From Mobula hypostoma (Eukaryota): 64,000 nucleotides of DNA. The stretch spans positions 151,964,001 through 152,028,000 of the forward strand of contig NC_086097.1 in NCBI RefSeq assembly GCF_963921235.1, read 5' to 3'. The notes beneath the pieces were generated by a model that did no database searches, was not told the DNA's origin, and saw nothing but the letters and a program-made list of their open reading frames with translations. Below are positions 1-13,699 of this stretch, in pieces. Positions within the stretch are counted from its first letter, which is position 1. Each line of letters starts with the position of its first letter. Both the position numbers and the translations under genes were made by a program.

Positions 1-970
1 TACCTGGGACGAAGAGGCCGCAGCCGCTTTCGTTAAAACCAAAGAAGCCTTGGCAAACGCCGCGATGCTAGTGCACCGCAGAACGGACGTTCCTACTGCC
101 CTCACGGTGGATGCATCCAACACAGCAGTTGGTGGAGTGCTGGAACAACTCATCGAGGGTCGCTGGCAACCCCTGGCATTCTTCAGCAAACACCTACGAC
201 CACCTGAACTCAAATACAGTGCTCTCGACCGGGAGCTATTGGCACTATACCTGGCAATCCGGCATTTCAGATACTTCTTAGAAGGTAGGCTCTTCACCGC
301 GTTCACGGACCACAAACCACTTACCTTCGCATTCACGAAGGTGTCCGACCCCTGGTCGTCCTGCCAGCAGCGACATCTGTCCTACATCTCCGAGTACATG
401 ACGGACATCCGGCATGTCTCGGGAAAGGACAACGTCGTGGCAGACGCACTATCCAGACCTACCGTACAGGCCCTGTCCCAGGGGGTGGACTATGCAGCGC
501 TGGCAGAGGCACAGCAGGCAGACGCTGAGATCCCCAGTTACAGGACTGCGGTCTCCGGTTTGCAGCTCCAAGACCTCCCCGTAGGCCCAGGTGAGAGGAC
601 CGTACTATGTGACGTAGCTACCGGCCTACCCCGCCCCATCGTCCCAGCAGCCTGGCGCTGGCGGGTTTTCGAATCCATTCACAACTTAGCTCGCCCCTCC
701 ATCAGGACAACTGTCCAGCTGGTCTCCAACAGATTCGTGTGGCATGGACTGCGTAAACAGGTCAGTGAATGGGCCAAAACGTGCATGCAGTGCCAAACGG
801 CCAAGGTGCAGCGGCACACCAAGGCTCCGCCACAGCAGTTCGAACCCACCCGCCGGAGGTTCGACCACATTCATGTGGATATCGTGGGGCCCCTGCCAGT
901 GTCGAGAGGAGCGCGGTATCTCCTAACTATGATAGACCACTTCACCAGATGGCTAGAGGCAGTCCCGCTC
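1..970 (+). mobile_element. Gypsy LTR retrotransposon (CsRn1-like) pol fragment: RNase H, integrase zinc finger and start of integrase core; runs off the window start
   Basis: ORF 50-1087 contains LTVDASNTAVGGVL, FTAFTDHKPL, HVSGKDNVVADALSR, a degenerate HHCC finger (HNLAR...CMQC) and HIHVDIVGPLP. Homologous to 25660-26560. Ends abruptly at EAVPL. Confidence 0.93.
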
Positions 971-3900
971 AAGTTTGCAGATGACACCAGGATTGGGGGT
1001 GTAGTGGACAGTGAAGAATGCTATCGTGGTTTGCAGTGGGATCTGCGTCAGCTGGAAAAGTGGTCAAAAATGGCAGATAGAATTTAATGTGGACAAGTGT
1101 GTCATTGGGAAGGACCAACGAAGGTGGGTCTTACACAGTGAATGGTAGGGCACTGGGGAGTGTGGTAGAACAAAGAAATCTGGAAACACAGGTTCATAAT
1201 TCATTGGAAGTGGCATCACAGGCAGAAAAGGTGGTAAAGAAAGCTTTTGGCACATTGGCCTTCATAAATCAAAGTATTGAGTACTGGAGATAAGATGCTA
1301 TGTTGAAGTTGTGTAAGATGTTGGTGAGACCTAATTTGGAGTATTGAGTGCAATTTGGGTCACCTACCTACAGGAAAGATGTAAACAACATTAAAAGAGT
1401 ACCGAAAAAATTTACAAGGATGTTACCAGGTCCTCCAGACCTGGTTTATAAGGAAGGATTGAATAGGTTAGGATTTAATTCCTTAGAACGTCGAAGAATG
1501 AAAGAAGATCTGATAGGTTTTTTCCATTGATGTTGGGTGGGACTACAACCAGAAGGCATGGGTTAATGGTGAATGGTGAAAAGTTTAAGGGGAACATGAA
1601 AAGAAACTTCTTCACTCAGAGGGGTGTCAGAGTGTGAAATGAGCTTCCAGCACAAAAGTTGCATGTGAGCTCGATTTCAAAGTTTAAGAGAAGTTTGGTT
1701 AGGAACATGGATGGTGTGGGTATGGAGGACTAGGGTCCCATTCCATGTTGATAGGAGTAGGCAGTTTAATTAGTTTTTCATTTAAAAAAGCAAAAATAGC
1801 ATGCAGTCAGACTGCCAGGAACGGCAAGCAGATGTTAGAACATAATTGCAGCCAGCTGGGTGAGTATCAGTGCATTAGAGATGCAGAATCAAAAAGAGTA
1901 GCAAATGCAGCATGCAGACTGTTGTATCCCAATGATCAGAGTATAAGAAATAAGGTGGATGATCTTGTTGCACTATTACAACTTGTCAGGTCTGATGTTG
2001 TGGCCATCACTGAATCATGGCTGAAGGATTGTTGTAGTTGGGAGCTGAATGTCCAAAGTTACACATTGTATCTGAGGGATAGGAAGGTAAGCAGAGGGGT
2101 GGCGTGGCTCTGCTGGTAAAAATGACATCAAATCAGTGGAAAGATATGACATAGGACAGGAAGATGTTGAATTCTTGAGGACTGAGCTAAGAAACTGCAA
2201 GGGTAAAAGGACATTAATGGCAATTATATGTAGGCCTCCCAACAGTAGCTGGGATGTGGACCACAGATTACAACAGGAAATAGAAAAGGTGTGTCAAAAG
2301 GGCAATGTTATAATAGTCATGGGAGATTTTAACATGCAGGCGATTGGGAAAATCAGGTTGGTAATAGATCTCAAGAGAGTTTGTTGGATGCCAATGAGAT
2401 GGTTTTTTAGAGCAGTTTGTCTTTGAGCCTACTAGGGGATCAGCTTACTGGAGTGGGTGTTATGGAGGCAATTAGGGAGTTTAAGGTAGAAGAGCCTTTA
2501 GGAGGCAGTGATCACAATATGGTTAAGTGAGTAAAGTTTGACGTAGCAGTATTTCAGTGGAGTAAATGAAATTACAGTGGCATGAGAGAGGAATTGGTCA
2601 AAGCAGAGCAGCAAAGGTGTGAGTTTCCAGGAAAACTGAGGAAGGTGCAGGACATCTGTATTCCAAACACAAGGGAATACTAAAATGGCAAAATAGTACA
2701 ACCATGGCTGACAAGGGAAGTCAAAGCTACTGTAAAATCAAAAAGAGAGCTCACACAACAAAGTAAAAATTAGCAGGAAGATAAAGGATTAAGAAGCTTT
2801 TAAAAATGTACATAGAGGAACTAAAAGAATCATTAGGAGGGAAAAGATGAAATATGAAAGCAAGATAGCAAACAATATCAAAAGTGGATAGTAAAAGTTT
2901 TCTGAAATGTGTAAAGATAAAAGAGATGAGAGTGGATATACGATCACTAGAAAACGAGACCAGAGAAATAACAGGGGACAAGGAGATGGCAGATGAACTA
3001 AATGTGTTGCCAAGTTTGCAGATGATATGAAGATTGGTGGAGGGGCAGGTAGTGTTGAGGAAACAGGTAGGCTGTAGAAGGACTTAGACAGATTAGGAGA
3101 ATGGGCAAGAAAGTGGCAATTTAAATATAATGTTGGAAAATGCATGGTCATGCACTTTGATAATAGAAATAAATGTGCAGAATATTTTATAAATGGGGAG
3201 AAAATTCAGGAATCTGAGATGCAGAGGGAACTTGGAGGTCCTTGTACAGAACACCCTAAAAGTTAACTTGCAGGATGAGTCGGTGGTGAGGAAGGCAAAT
3301 GCAATGTTAGCATTCATTTCAGGAGGTCTGGAATACAAAAGTAGGGATGTGATGTTGAGGCTTTATAAGGCACTGGTGAGGCCTCATCTTGAACACTGTG
3401 AACAGTTTTGGGCTCCTCATCTAAGAAAAGATGTGCTGGCATTGGAGAGGTCCAGAGGCTCTTCACAAGGTTGATTCTGGGAATGAAAAGGTTATCATAC
3501 GAGGAATGTTTGATAGCTCTGGGTCTGCACTCACTGGAATTTAGAAGGATGAACAGAAATCTCATTGAAACCTTTTGAATGTTGAAAGGCCTAGACAGAG
3601 TAGATAAGGAAAGAATGTTTTCCATGGTGGGAGAGTCTAGGACAAAAGGGCACAGCCTCAGGATAGAAGCACATCCATTTAAAACAGATACAGAGAAATT
3701 TCTTCAGTCAGTGGGTGTTGAATTTACGTAATTTGTTACCATATGCAGCTGTGGAGGCCAGGTCACTGGGTGTATTTAAGGCAGTGATTGATAGGTTCTT
3801 GATTGGACATGACATCAGAAGTTACGGGAAGAAGACTGGGGAATGGGGTTGAGGGGGGGGAATAAATGATCAGCCATGATTGAATAGCGGAGCAGACTCG

Positions 3901-4005
3901 ATAGGCCAGATGGCCTAATTCTGCTCCTATGTCTTATCGTCTTATAGTCTTTGGCATGGACTAGATGGACCAAAGGGCCTATTTGTATTTCTTTATCTCT
4001 CTATG
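971..4005 (+). mobile_element. 5'-truncated CR1 LINE (971-1776 plus terminal piece 3951-4005), split by a second CR1
   Basis: KFADDTRIGG and VRPNLEY-VQFGSP motifs. The 3' UTR breaks at ggcagtttaattagttt and resumes at tggcatggactagatggaccaaagggcc (3951). Confidence 0.85.
1777..3950 (+). mobile_element. Decayed CR1 LINE (endonuclease plus C-terminal RT) with an internal deletion near 3004
   Basis: VAITESWL, CRPPNS and MGDFN endonuclease motifs. Sequence jumps from MADELN to VAKFADD. LYKALVRPHLE present. CTTATNGT-type tail at 3930-3950. Confidence 0.88.
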
Positions 4006-4029
4006 AAAGCGAATTCAATAGACCAACCA

Positions 4030-6660
4030 TGTTGTGTCTGTACAACTACATATCAAATAAAATAAAAGCAAGCACACGAGAAATGGCTTTAACTGGTGTA
4101 TTCACACTGTAGGGAGAGAGAAAGAAAGAGAGAGATCAATAGGTTGTCAATCCATACGCAGGCCTAAGTGGACTCATTGCTCTAAGTGAAATAGAGTCTT
4201 ACGTTACAGTTCCTCTCCTTTTAGATGAATGTAACATAAAACTATATATGTAAAAAACATTCAACTTCCCTTTAATAAACCATATTCAAATAAACATGAT
4301 TTCACAGTAACAGTCCATAACTAACCAGACTATACTAAATATTCAATCTTTTGGGTTGTACTCTGTTTCTTTCAGGACAGCACCTTTGGACCTGTGGAGT
4401 GGCATCAGGTTTGGCAAGTGTCTTATCAAAGACAACTTTCTCTGTTGCAGGTGTTACATTGCTGTTAGTGACATGATCATCACAGCGAGGTAATTCCAGT
4501 GACTGTAATGTGTCCGTCTCTTTGGATGCAGTCAACTCGTGTGGGTATTTTTGCAGAGCATTCAGTATCTGTCCACATGACATCTCCATGTATGATCCCC
4601 ACCATCCACTCTGTAAATCAGTGGTCCAGTTCTTGTAGCTATTCTACTGGGTGTCCACTTGTCTTCTCAGTAATCACACACCAGGGCTTCCTATCCAACC
4701 TCTAAACTCCTTGCTGATTCACTTGGCAACTGGTTGAACTATTTCTTCTGCATTTCCCTCTGTAGATCTGGTTTCAGGTGGTTTATGTGAGATCTATGTG
4801 AAATGCCTTCCTAGTCCATAGCTTTAATGGACTTCTTGAAAGTTTGGATAAACCATTCAGCTAACCCATTCATTGCTGGATGGTGAGGAGCTGACTTGAA
4901 ATGTTTGATGCCATTTTTCTTCATGAACAGCCTGAACTCTTCTGGCGTGTATTGTGGTCCATTGACACTCAGTTTGTTTTGGTAAGCCATTTCTGGGGAA
5001 GATAGTTCTCAGAGCAGAACCAGATTTTTCTGAGTGGCTGACTTCATTGGTATGACCTCCCCTCACTTCAAATGAGCATCCGCAGCAATCAGAAATATGG
5101 AGTCCATGAATGACCCAAAGTCAACATGTAATCTTTGCCTTGGAGATGATGACTCCTTCCACAGGTGTAACAATGCCTGTAGGGGTGCATTTTGAACTTT
5201 CTGGCATCCTGAACAGCTTTTAGTCAAGTTTTCAATTTGACTACCCATTCCTTGCCACCACATGTAGCTCTGGGAAAGACTCTTCATCTTGACTGTCACC
5301 AGGTGTCCTTCACACAAATCCTGTATCACTCTGGTGCACGGTTTAGAGGAAACCACAACACAAAATCAGCATCCTTTGACATACAGACAGTTGGTCTTGT
5401 CTCACTGAGAACTCTGGAAACATAGGATTACCATGAGATAGTCATCCTTGAATGTGGTTTCATAGACTTTTGAGAATGTTGGGCCATTCCTTGTTTCCCT
5501 TTGTCTTTCGGAATTTGTTACCGGTAACTGGTCTACCAATGTGGTATGGAACATTTCGGCTGGGTCACGGTATGAAGACTTTTCTTCTTCAGTGCCTCCA
5601 CCTTGCAATATATAAAGCTCTCACTGTTGTGTTTGGTTTCCACATGTCACATTCACTTTCAGTTTGCCTTTGGGAAGTACTTTTTGACTGTCTAGGTCTT
5701 TAGCATCACCGAGGTATTTTCTAATGGTAGCTTAGAAAACAATCTGTTGTAGTCAGCATCAGAAATTATAGACAAAGTTCCATTTTCAGTTTTACACTAA
5801 ACACATTTATTGTGATCCATATGATTTTGGGATCTGCTTCATTATTACTCTGCAGTTCTAGGGATAAGAGCTCACCTTTGTTAGACTCTGTGTTGTTGAA
5901 TTCTGTTGCACATTGAGTCACTTCGTTCAGTTGTTCAGTTTTGTGTTTGAAACTTTTTAAGTCTGTGTGGTTTTTCCCCTTTGGTTGTTGCACACTGTGA
6001 TGTTGTCTGTGACAATTTTGCAAACTTTCTCTTTGAACCAACAGTCATTTGCATGATGGGAAGATTTGCCATATCGATAACACTTCTGGCTTTTTGCACC
6101 CATTTAGGGACATTTTGTGCATTTTACAGTCTAAACTCCTTTTCTGTAATTCTGCTGCGTCCTTTTCTGCAGTCTCTAATGATATTATAATGGTCAATGC
6201 CTATTCTAAGGTTAGGTCTCTTTCTGACAGTAGCCTCTTTTGAGTGCTTTATCTATGCATGCCACATACAAGCCTATCCCTTAATGCATCTGATAGTCCA
6301 TCTCTAAAGTCACAGTATTGGGAAAGTTTGTGCAGTTCTGCAATGTATTTAGAAATGCTTTTATCCTTTGACAGGTTCATTTTGTAAAATCTAAATCTCT
6401 TAGACATTACCAGTGGTTTAGGGCTCAAGTGATTTTGTAAAGTTGTAACAATTATGTCAAACTTCTTGCTTGCTAGCTTTTCAGGAGTTGCTAGGTTGTG
6501 CAAAAGCTGATACGTTATAGCACCTATTAAGCACGGAGGCTTTCTTTTCCTCATCGACATTGCTTACGTCACAATACAATTCAACCCTCTCGATATATGG
6601 TTCCCAGTCCTCACGAGCACTATCAAGTTCATCAAATTTCCTGACCAAGGCCATCATCAC
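4030..6660 (-). mobile_element. Internally deleted Gypsy element (Mag/K02A2.6-like): gag, truncated protease, integrase, PPT and 3' LTR; RT missing
   Basis: Gag starts near 6654 (MALVRKFDELDSAREDWEPYIER; DALRDRLVCG). Integrase motifs LCEGH...SYMWW...CSGCQ and RLHVDF. PPT at 4209-4222. LTR 4030-4208 with TG...CA ends. No 5' LTR or PBS seen. Confidence 0.8.
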
Positions 6661-9569
6661 ATTATTTTCGCTTTAACATTGCTAGTTTTGCATCTTTCAC
6701 TGTGTACTATGCAGTTACTCTGGTGTCCCTTTGTTAGGGTCCATGACCGCCTTCTCCGTAATGGTTAAGTCTTTACCGTAACGGGGAGAGAGAAAGGGAG
6801 AGTGAGAGGGAAGGGGAGAAGTTAATTCTAATCTTCCTTTCATGCAGCATGAAACTAAATGGAAATGTTAGTGGGTTAGATTCAAACAGATTGAATGGGC
6901 ATTAATAATATAGTGTATTTATTATAAAGCAATGGTAAGGGTCAGAAAGAGGGAGCATTTTATTTGGCTGTAATTCCACTTAAACAATGGAATATCTGAA
7001 TCACACTTAAAACTCATCTTCAGATAACCTCTACAATAAATGCAATGAAGTGAGTAATATGAGCAGAATTCAATGCAATACCAAATTCTAGATTGATATT
7101 CAATAATGTTTGTGGCAGCCTGATAGAATTAGGGGAAGTGCCTAGTTTCACCTCTAACTATTAAACTCACTGTACTGGTCTAAGCTGAGGCAGCACACTA
7201 TGTAAGAGAAATACCAAATTTTGCAATAAATGTAGCTCAAGGATTTTCAGATGGATTTGGAACACATTTTTCTTGTTTAAGAGGTCTCAACTGGCTTCTA
7301 GATTATTACCCAGGCTTCTCATTTATCTGTGTGATCTGCTCTTCTGGAACCAGATCTGTGATTGATGAGATTGCTGGAGAATTGGGTCTGATAGATTAAA
7401 TGGTGGTGACAACATCTAACAGATAAAGAACATTTGTCCTCAACATGATCTATACACGTGGATTGACTATTTGTCAGTGCCAAATGCCTTGTTAAATTTG
7501 GCAATAAATATGATCACTGAGTGTATCACTTTGTCAGTTCATGTAAGCCTCTCACATATTTCATTAGGTGTGTAGGCTAATAGGACATTTCAATGGAGGT
7601 TAAAGGCAGTCATTCTCCAAGATGGATGATTATTCTGATATTAATTGAGGTTGAACACAATGACTTTCCAGATTGAGAGGCAAAATAATCCTTTTGTGCA
7701 AATAAGGTAATATAGAGTTGTAAACACAATTCTCTATTACAATTGAGAGTGACAATTTGCTCAATACTCACCTTGCAATTATTTTTATACAGAACATTTA
7801 TGGCATGAAAATAAATGTAAGAAGAGGTTCCAATTCAGACATGTTGAATGGACATTTATTGTACACAGAAAATATTTCCTCCACCTGTTTCTTTGATCAA
7901 AACCTGTGTTACACAAACTTGACCCAATCATTGTAATAAAGCAGAACTTAGAAGCCATGGATTGGGAGCCCTGACAGTATAACATGTTAGCTTGTTTATT
8001 TCTGTAATTATAATCGCATATAAGAATTGTGGAGACAAATAAATATCAAACAATCTCTTGCCAATATCTAAACAGAATATTATTTTCACAAATAAGGCTA
8101 AATATACACCACCATAAAAAATTGTGTAATACGAGTATATTTGTAAGCATAGTTAATTGCCTAGGCCACTAAAAAGCATAAATTAAAATGTCAGGTTCTG
8201 ACAATTACACACTAATGGAGAAATCTAAGACCGCAACAAAACAAACACATTAGGATTTTGTGGAATTCTGAAACAACTGATATTAATCACAGTCTATGTC
8301 AGCAGTACAACATAGGTGGGTATTTTTTTCTCACTGATACATACTTCAGCTATTGATGGACTCAAACCTGATCATCTCATAGATAAGTGGATGCTAAGAA
8401 TTCAATTTTTTTATGCAACATAGAGAAAATCACTGACTGTGGATGGCTTTCCAGTAGAATTTCATTAAAACCACACTGAGGTACTCTGTCCTGTGCGCCT
8501 GCATTCATATCAAGAAACACATAATCAAAAGAAAATTTATTTGCAGCAATCTTTGACTAAACCTTTAAGACCAGCTGTTTTCCAAATATATAAATTGTAT
8601 TATAAATCAGATTGTATTATAACTCATCAGGAAAACTTGAAAATTACTTTTTCATTCATCCTCCATTTCTGTTTTTCATTGCCTCCCTCAGACGATACCA
8701 GAGGAATTCTAAGTATTACTATTTCAGTGGGTATATGATAAAAACATTGTGTTGTAATGGTTAACTCACTAGGTAGATTTTACAAACTTGGATTCTTGGT
8801 GCAAAGCTTTGCTGAAAGGGGACTTATATTAATGAACTGGCATTAACAGCTGAATGCCTGAACTCAGGTTCCATTGCTCAAATTCCCAAATGCAAAATAA
8901 TACTATGCAAAATATCACAGATTTTTTTTCCTCTTTGTTAAATGTATTTTCATTCCATATACTCAATTCTTGCAGCATCGAAAATTAATAATTTATCTAG
9001 ATCTTTTAGGCAGCAGTTTAATGGTGTATACATAGTCCAGTGTGATCTGTGTGTGTTGATTACAAAATTATCTGGTATAGCTGTAAGCGTATTCACTACT
9101 TTTATTCACTGGCCTGAGAATATAAGTAGTAACAGGAGTAGATCATATAGTCCCTTGAGGTACACTCTCTGCCAGTACATTATTTGTGTCTCTCCATTTA
9201 AACAATGTACTGCTTTCTATTCTCCCTACCAACAATATATCACTACTATGCTAAGGCTGGTCTTTGTATGCTGAAAGAAGGCAGTTAACCCATTTGTGTA
9301 AGAGCACAATTTAGGGCTGGTAACCCGTGTTTCCCTGTTTTGTGATTTGATGAAGATGAATGATTATTAGCTTGCACTAAATGTGAACCCACAACACTCA
9401 CATTGTATGTATCCTTAGAATGGAACCAACAAGTTGCTAGAACACTGTCCTCAAGACTCAGGTTTTGTACTGAGACATTTATAGAGATGTTTTCTGCATG
9501 AGTAACATGGATGGCCCCAAATAAAGTGTCAACTTCAGTGATTTGACTCTTATCCCTGAATTAAATCAT

Positions 9570-9860
9570 TGTGGTTTCATGTCTGACAACAGGGACTTGA
9601 GTATATAAGCCATGCAGGCAGATCAAGCATTATAAGAGGACTCAATATTCATTTGACGTGTTTAAATTTCCTTTCAGAAGGAACAATGCAGTCAATAATA
9701 TCAAGGTCTTCATATTTATCCCTCAAGCTTCCAGATTACAATAAAGAGATTCTGCAGCATTAACCAGCTTGATGCCTACAAAATTGACAATGATCCTATA
9801 AATTCATTATTCAGAAAGGTTTCAGTGCTTTGCATCAAAAGTGGAAACAAAATTATGAAC
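9570..9860 (+). mobile_element. Very old Deu-domain SINE relic (tentative)
   Basis: Contains atatttatccctcaa, with weak flanking similarity to the Deu-SINE core as recalled. Confidence 0.35.
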
Positions 9861-10046
9861 TTGTGTGAAATAGGCTGCCATTAATTGGGTCTAATAGGGA
9901 ATGGATGCTGAGTATAACACATCTTCTCTGGGAAATATCAATAGCTTCACCATAACAACAAAAATATGCTCACTTTGTCTCTCCCTAAGACTTTGGACTT
10001 CTAATAATGTCAGATTCCCCCAAAAGTAGATACAGCTAGAATGGTT

Positions 10047-10055
10047 AATAAATAA

Positions 10056-10099
<44 letters not shown>
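10047..10099. repeat. (AAAT)n-(TA)n microsatellite
   Basis: Read directly from the sequence. Confidence 0.98.
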
Positions 10100-10103
<4 letters not shown>

Positions 10104-10109
10104 AGATTG

Positions 10110-13100
10110 GATAGGTTGCACTTAAACTCGAGGGGGAGCAATATCCTTGCAGGTAGGTTTGCTAGCATGGTTTGGGAGGGTTTAAACTAATTTGCAAGGG
10201 GGATGGGACCCAGAGCGATAGAGCAGTGAAAGAAGTGCATGGAGTAAAGCCAGATCTAACATACAGAGAGGCTTTGAGGAAAGAGAAGCAGAATAAAGGG
10301 TGTAAAGGTAGTAAGGTAGAAGGGCTAAAGTGCATGTACTCAATGTAAGAAGCATCAGGAACAAAGGTGATGAACTGAGAGCTTGGATACATACATGGAA
10401 TTATGATGTAGTGGCCATTACAGAGATATGGCTGGCACCAGGGCAGGAATGGATTCTCAATATTCCTGGATTTCAGTGCTTTAAAAGGGATGGGGGTGGG
10501 GGGAAGGGGAGGAGGGGTGGCATTACTGGTCAGGGATACTATTACAGCTACAGAAAGGGTGGGTAATGTAGCAGGATCCTCTTTTAAGTCAGTATGGATG
10601 GAAGTCAGGAATAGGAAGGGAGCAGTTACTCTATTGGGAGTATTCTATAGGCCCCCTGGTAGCAGCAGAGACACCGAGGAGCAGATTGGGAGGCAGATTT
10701 TGGAAAGATGCAAAGACAACAGGGTTGTTATCATGGGTGACTTTAAATTCCCAATATTGATTGGCACCTGATTAGTTACAAGGGTTTGGACGGGGCAGGG
10801 TTTGTTAAGTGTGTCCAGGATTGATTCCTGTCACAGTATGTTAACAGGCCGACTAGGGGGAATGCCATACTAGATCTAGTATTAGGTAACGAACTGGGTC
10901 AGGTCACAGATCTCTCAGTGGGTGAGCATCTGGGGGACAGTGACCACTGCTCCCTGGCCTTTAGCATTATCATGGAAAAGGATAGAATCAGAGAGGACAG
11001 GAACATTTTTAATTGGGGAAGGGCAAATTATGAGGCTATCAGGCTAGAACTTGTGGGTGTGAATAGGGATGATGTTTTGCAGGGAAATGTACTATGGACA
11101 TGTGGTCGATGTTTAGAGATCTCTTGCAGGATATAAGGGATAAATTTGTCCCGGTGAGGAAGATAAAGAATGGTAGGGTGAAGGAACCATGGGTGACAAG
11201 TGAGGTGGAAAATCTAGTCAGGTGGAAGAAGGCAGCATACATGAGGGTTAGGAAGCAAGGATCAGATGGGTCTATTGAGGAATATAGGGTAGCAAGAAAG
11301 GAGCTTAAGAAAGGGCTGAGAAGAGCAAGAAGGGGGCATGAGAAGGCCTTGATGAGTAGGGTAAAGGAAAACCCCAAGGCATTCTTCAATTATGTGATGA
11401 ACAAAAGGATGACAGGAGTGAAGGTAGGACCAATTAGAGATAAAGGTGGGAAGATGTGCCTGGAGGCTGTGGAAGTGAGTGAGGTCCTCAATGAATACTT
11501 CTCTTGGGTATTCACCAATGAGAGGGAACTTGATGATGGTGAGGACAATATGAGTGAGGTTGATGTTCTGGAGCATGTTGATATTAAAGGAGAGAACGTG
11601 TTGGAGTTGTTAAAATACATTAGGACGGCTAAGTCCCTGGGGCATGATGGAATATTCCCCTGGCTGCTCCATGAGGCGAGGGAAGAGATTGTTGAGCCTC
11701 TGTCCACGTTGTCTGTGGGAATGGTACCGGAGGACTGAGGGAGGCAAATGTTGTCTCCTTGTTCAAAAAAGGTAGTAGGGATAGTCCAGGTAATTATAGA
11801 CCAGTGAGCCTTACGTCTGTGGTAGGAAAGCTGTTGGAAAAGATTCTTAGAGATAGGATCTATGGGCATTTAGAGAATCATGGTCTGATCAGGGAGAGTC
11901 AGCATGGCTTTATGAAGGGCAGATCATGTCTAACAAGCCTGATAGAGTTCTTTGAGGTGGTGACCAGGTATATAGATGAGGGTAGTACAGTGGATGTGAT
12001 CTATATGGATTTTCATAAGGCATTTGACAAGGTTCCACACGGTAGGCTTATTCAGAAAGTCAGAAGTCGTGGTATCCGGGGAAGTTTGGCCAGCTGGATT
12101 CAGAATTGGTTTGCCTGCAGAAGGCAGAGGGTCGTGGTAGAGGGAGTACATTCGGATTGGAGGGTTGTGACTAGTGGTGTCCCACAAGGATCGGTTCTGG
12201 GACCTCTACTTTTCGTGACTTTCATTAACAACCTGGATGTGGGGGTAGAAGGGTGGGTTGGCAAGTTTGCAGATGACACAAAGGTTGGTGGTGTTGTAGA
12301 TAGTGTAGAGGATTGTCAAAGATTGCAGAGAGACATTGATAGGATGCAGAAGTGGGCTAAGTGGCAGATGGAGTTCAACCCGGAGAAGTGTGAGGTGGTA
12401 CACTTTGGAAGGACAAACTCCAAGGCAGAGTACAAAGTAAATGGCAGGATACTTGGTAGTGTGGAGAAGCAGAGGGATCTTGGGGTACATGTCCACATAT
12501 CCCTGAAAGTTGCCTCACAGGTAGATAGGGTTTTTAAGAAAGCTTATGGGGTGTTAGCTTTCATAAGTCGAGGGATAGAGTTTAAAAGTCACGAGGTAAT
12601 GATGCAGCTCTATAAAACTCTGGTTAGCCCTCATGGGGAGTACTGTGTCCAGTTCTGGTCGCCTCACTACAGGAAGGATGTGGAAGCATTGTAAAGGGTA
12701 CAGAGGAGGTTTACCAGTATGCTGCCTGGTTTACAGAGTATGGATTATGATCAGAGATTAAGGGAGCTAGGACTTTACTCTTTGGAGATAAGGAGGATGA
12801 AAGAAGACATGATAGAGGTATACAAGATATTATGAGGAATAGATAGAGTAGATAGCCAGAGCCTCTTTCCCAGGGCACTACTACTCAATATAGGAGGATA
12901 TGGCTTTAAGGTAAGGGTGGGAAGTTCAAGGGGGATATTAGAGGAAGGTTTTTTTTACTCAGTGGTTGGTGCATGGAGGCAGATACACTAGTGAAATTTA
13001 AGAAACTTCTAGACAGGTATATGGAGGAATTTAAGGTGGGGGGAGTATGTGGGAGGCAGGGTTCGAGGGTCGGCACAACATTGTGGGCCAAAGGGCCTGA

Positions 13101-13128
13101 ACTGTGCTGTACTATTCTATGTTCTATA
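10110..13128 (+). mobile_element. CR1 LINE with near-complete but disrupted ORF2 (endonuclease + RT)
   Basis: ORF pieces 10330-10771, 11094-11738 and 11759-12694 with [38 protein letters not shown] and KFADDTK. TTCTATG tail. Confidence 0.95.
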
Positions 13129-13129
13129 T

Positions 13130-13310
13130 AGTTGATAAGTATATAGTTGATTTCTATGTTATATTGACTATCCTGATGTGCATATTTATTATAAATTACT
13201 ATAATTGCACATTGCACATATGAATGGAGATGTAACGTAAAGATTTTTACTTCTCATGTATTTGAAGGATATAAAGTCAAGTCAATAAAGTTATAAAGTC
13301 AATTCATTTC
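13130..13310 (+). mobile_element. 3' end of a Rex1/Babar-type LINE (tentative)
   Basis: AT-rich 3' UTR ending in aataaag...gtcaattcatt, resembling Rex-type tails. Confidence 0.4.
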
Positions 13311-13699
13311 TCCACGGTAAGTGCTCCCCAGTTGCTTAAATACCAGAATACAGTCTTGGCGATCAAAATGACACATAAAATCAGCTGACGCATTAAATAT
13401 AGAGTTGGGGATTTACATTAGGGTTAGTAATTTGTGGGCATATTATGTTGGCACCAGAAGCATTGGGTCAATTTCAGGCTGGTCCAGCACATCTTTGGGT
13501 TGAGTTAGTCATTGATGCAATTGACATATTTCACTGTATGTTTCAATGTTACATTATATGTATGACAAACAAAGCTTATCTTCTTAAATCTTTAATGTTA
13601 GTAGTGAAGACATTCATTTTAGAATGAGCTGTGCCTCCACCAAGAAATGCCATTCAAAATAGTAGCACTTTTCCAAAATGAGTAACTACCACCCAATCA

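Noticed and set aside
6740..6830. Possible 5' LTR of the minus-strand Gypsy
   Set aside because: Only a low-complexity GA-rich stretch resembles the 3' LTR; there is no PBS or terminal match.
7772..7970. Minus-strand segment with branch-like CTAAC, acceptor and a strong AAG|GTGAGT donor
   Set aside because: The longest frame stops before the donor, the peptide is unrecognised and the pyrimidine tract is weak. Not supportable without transcript data.
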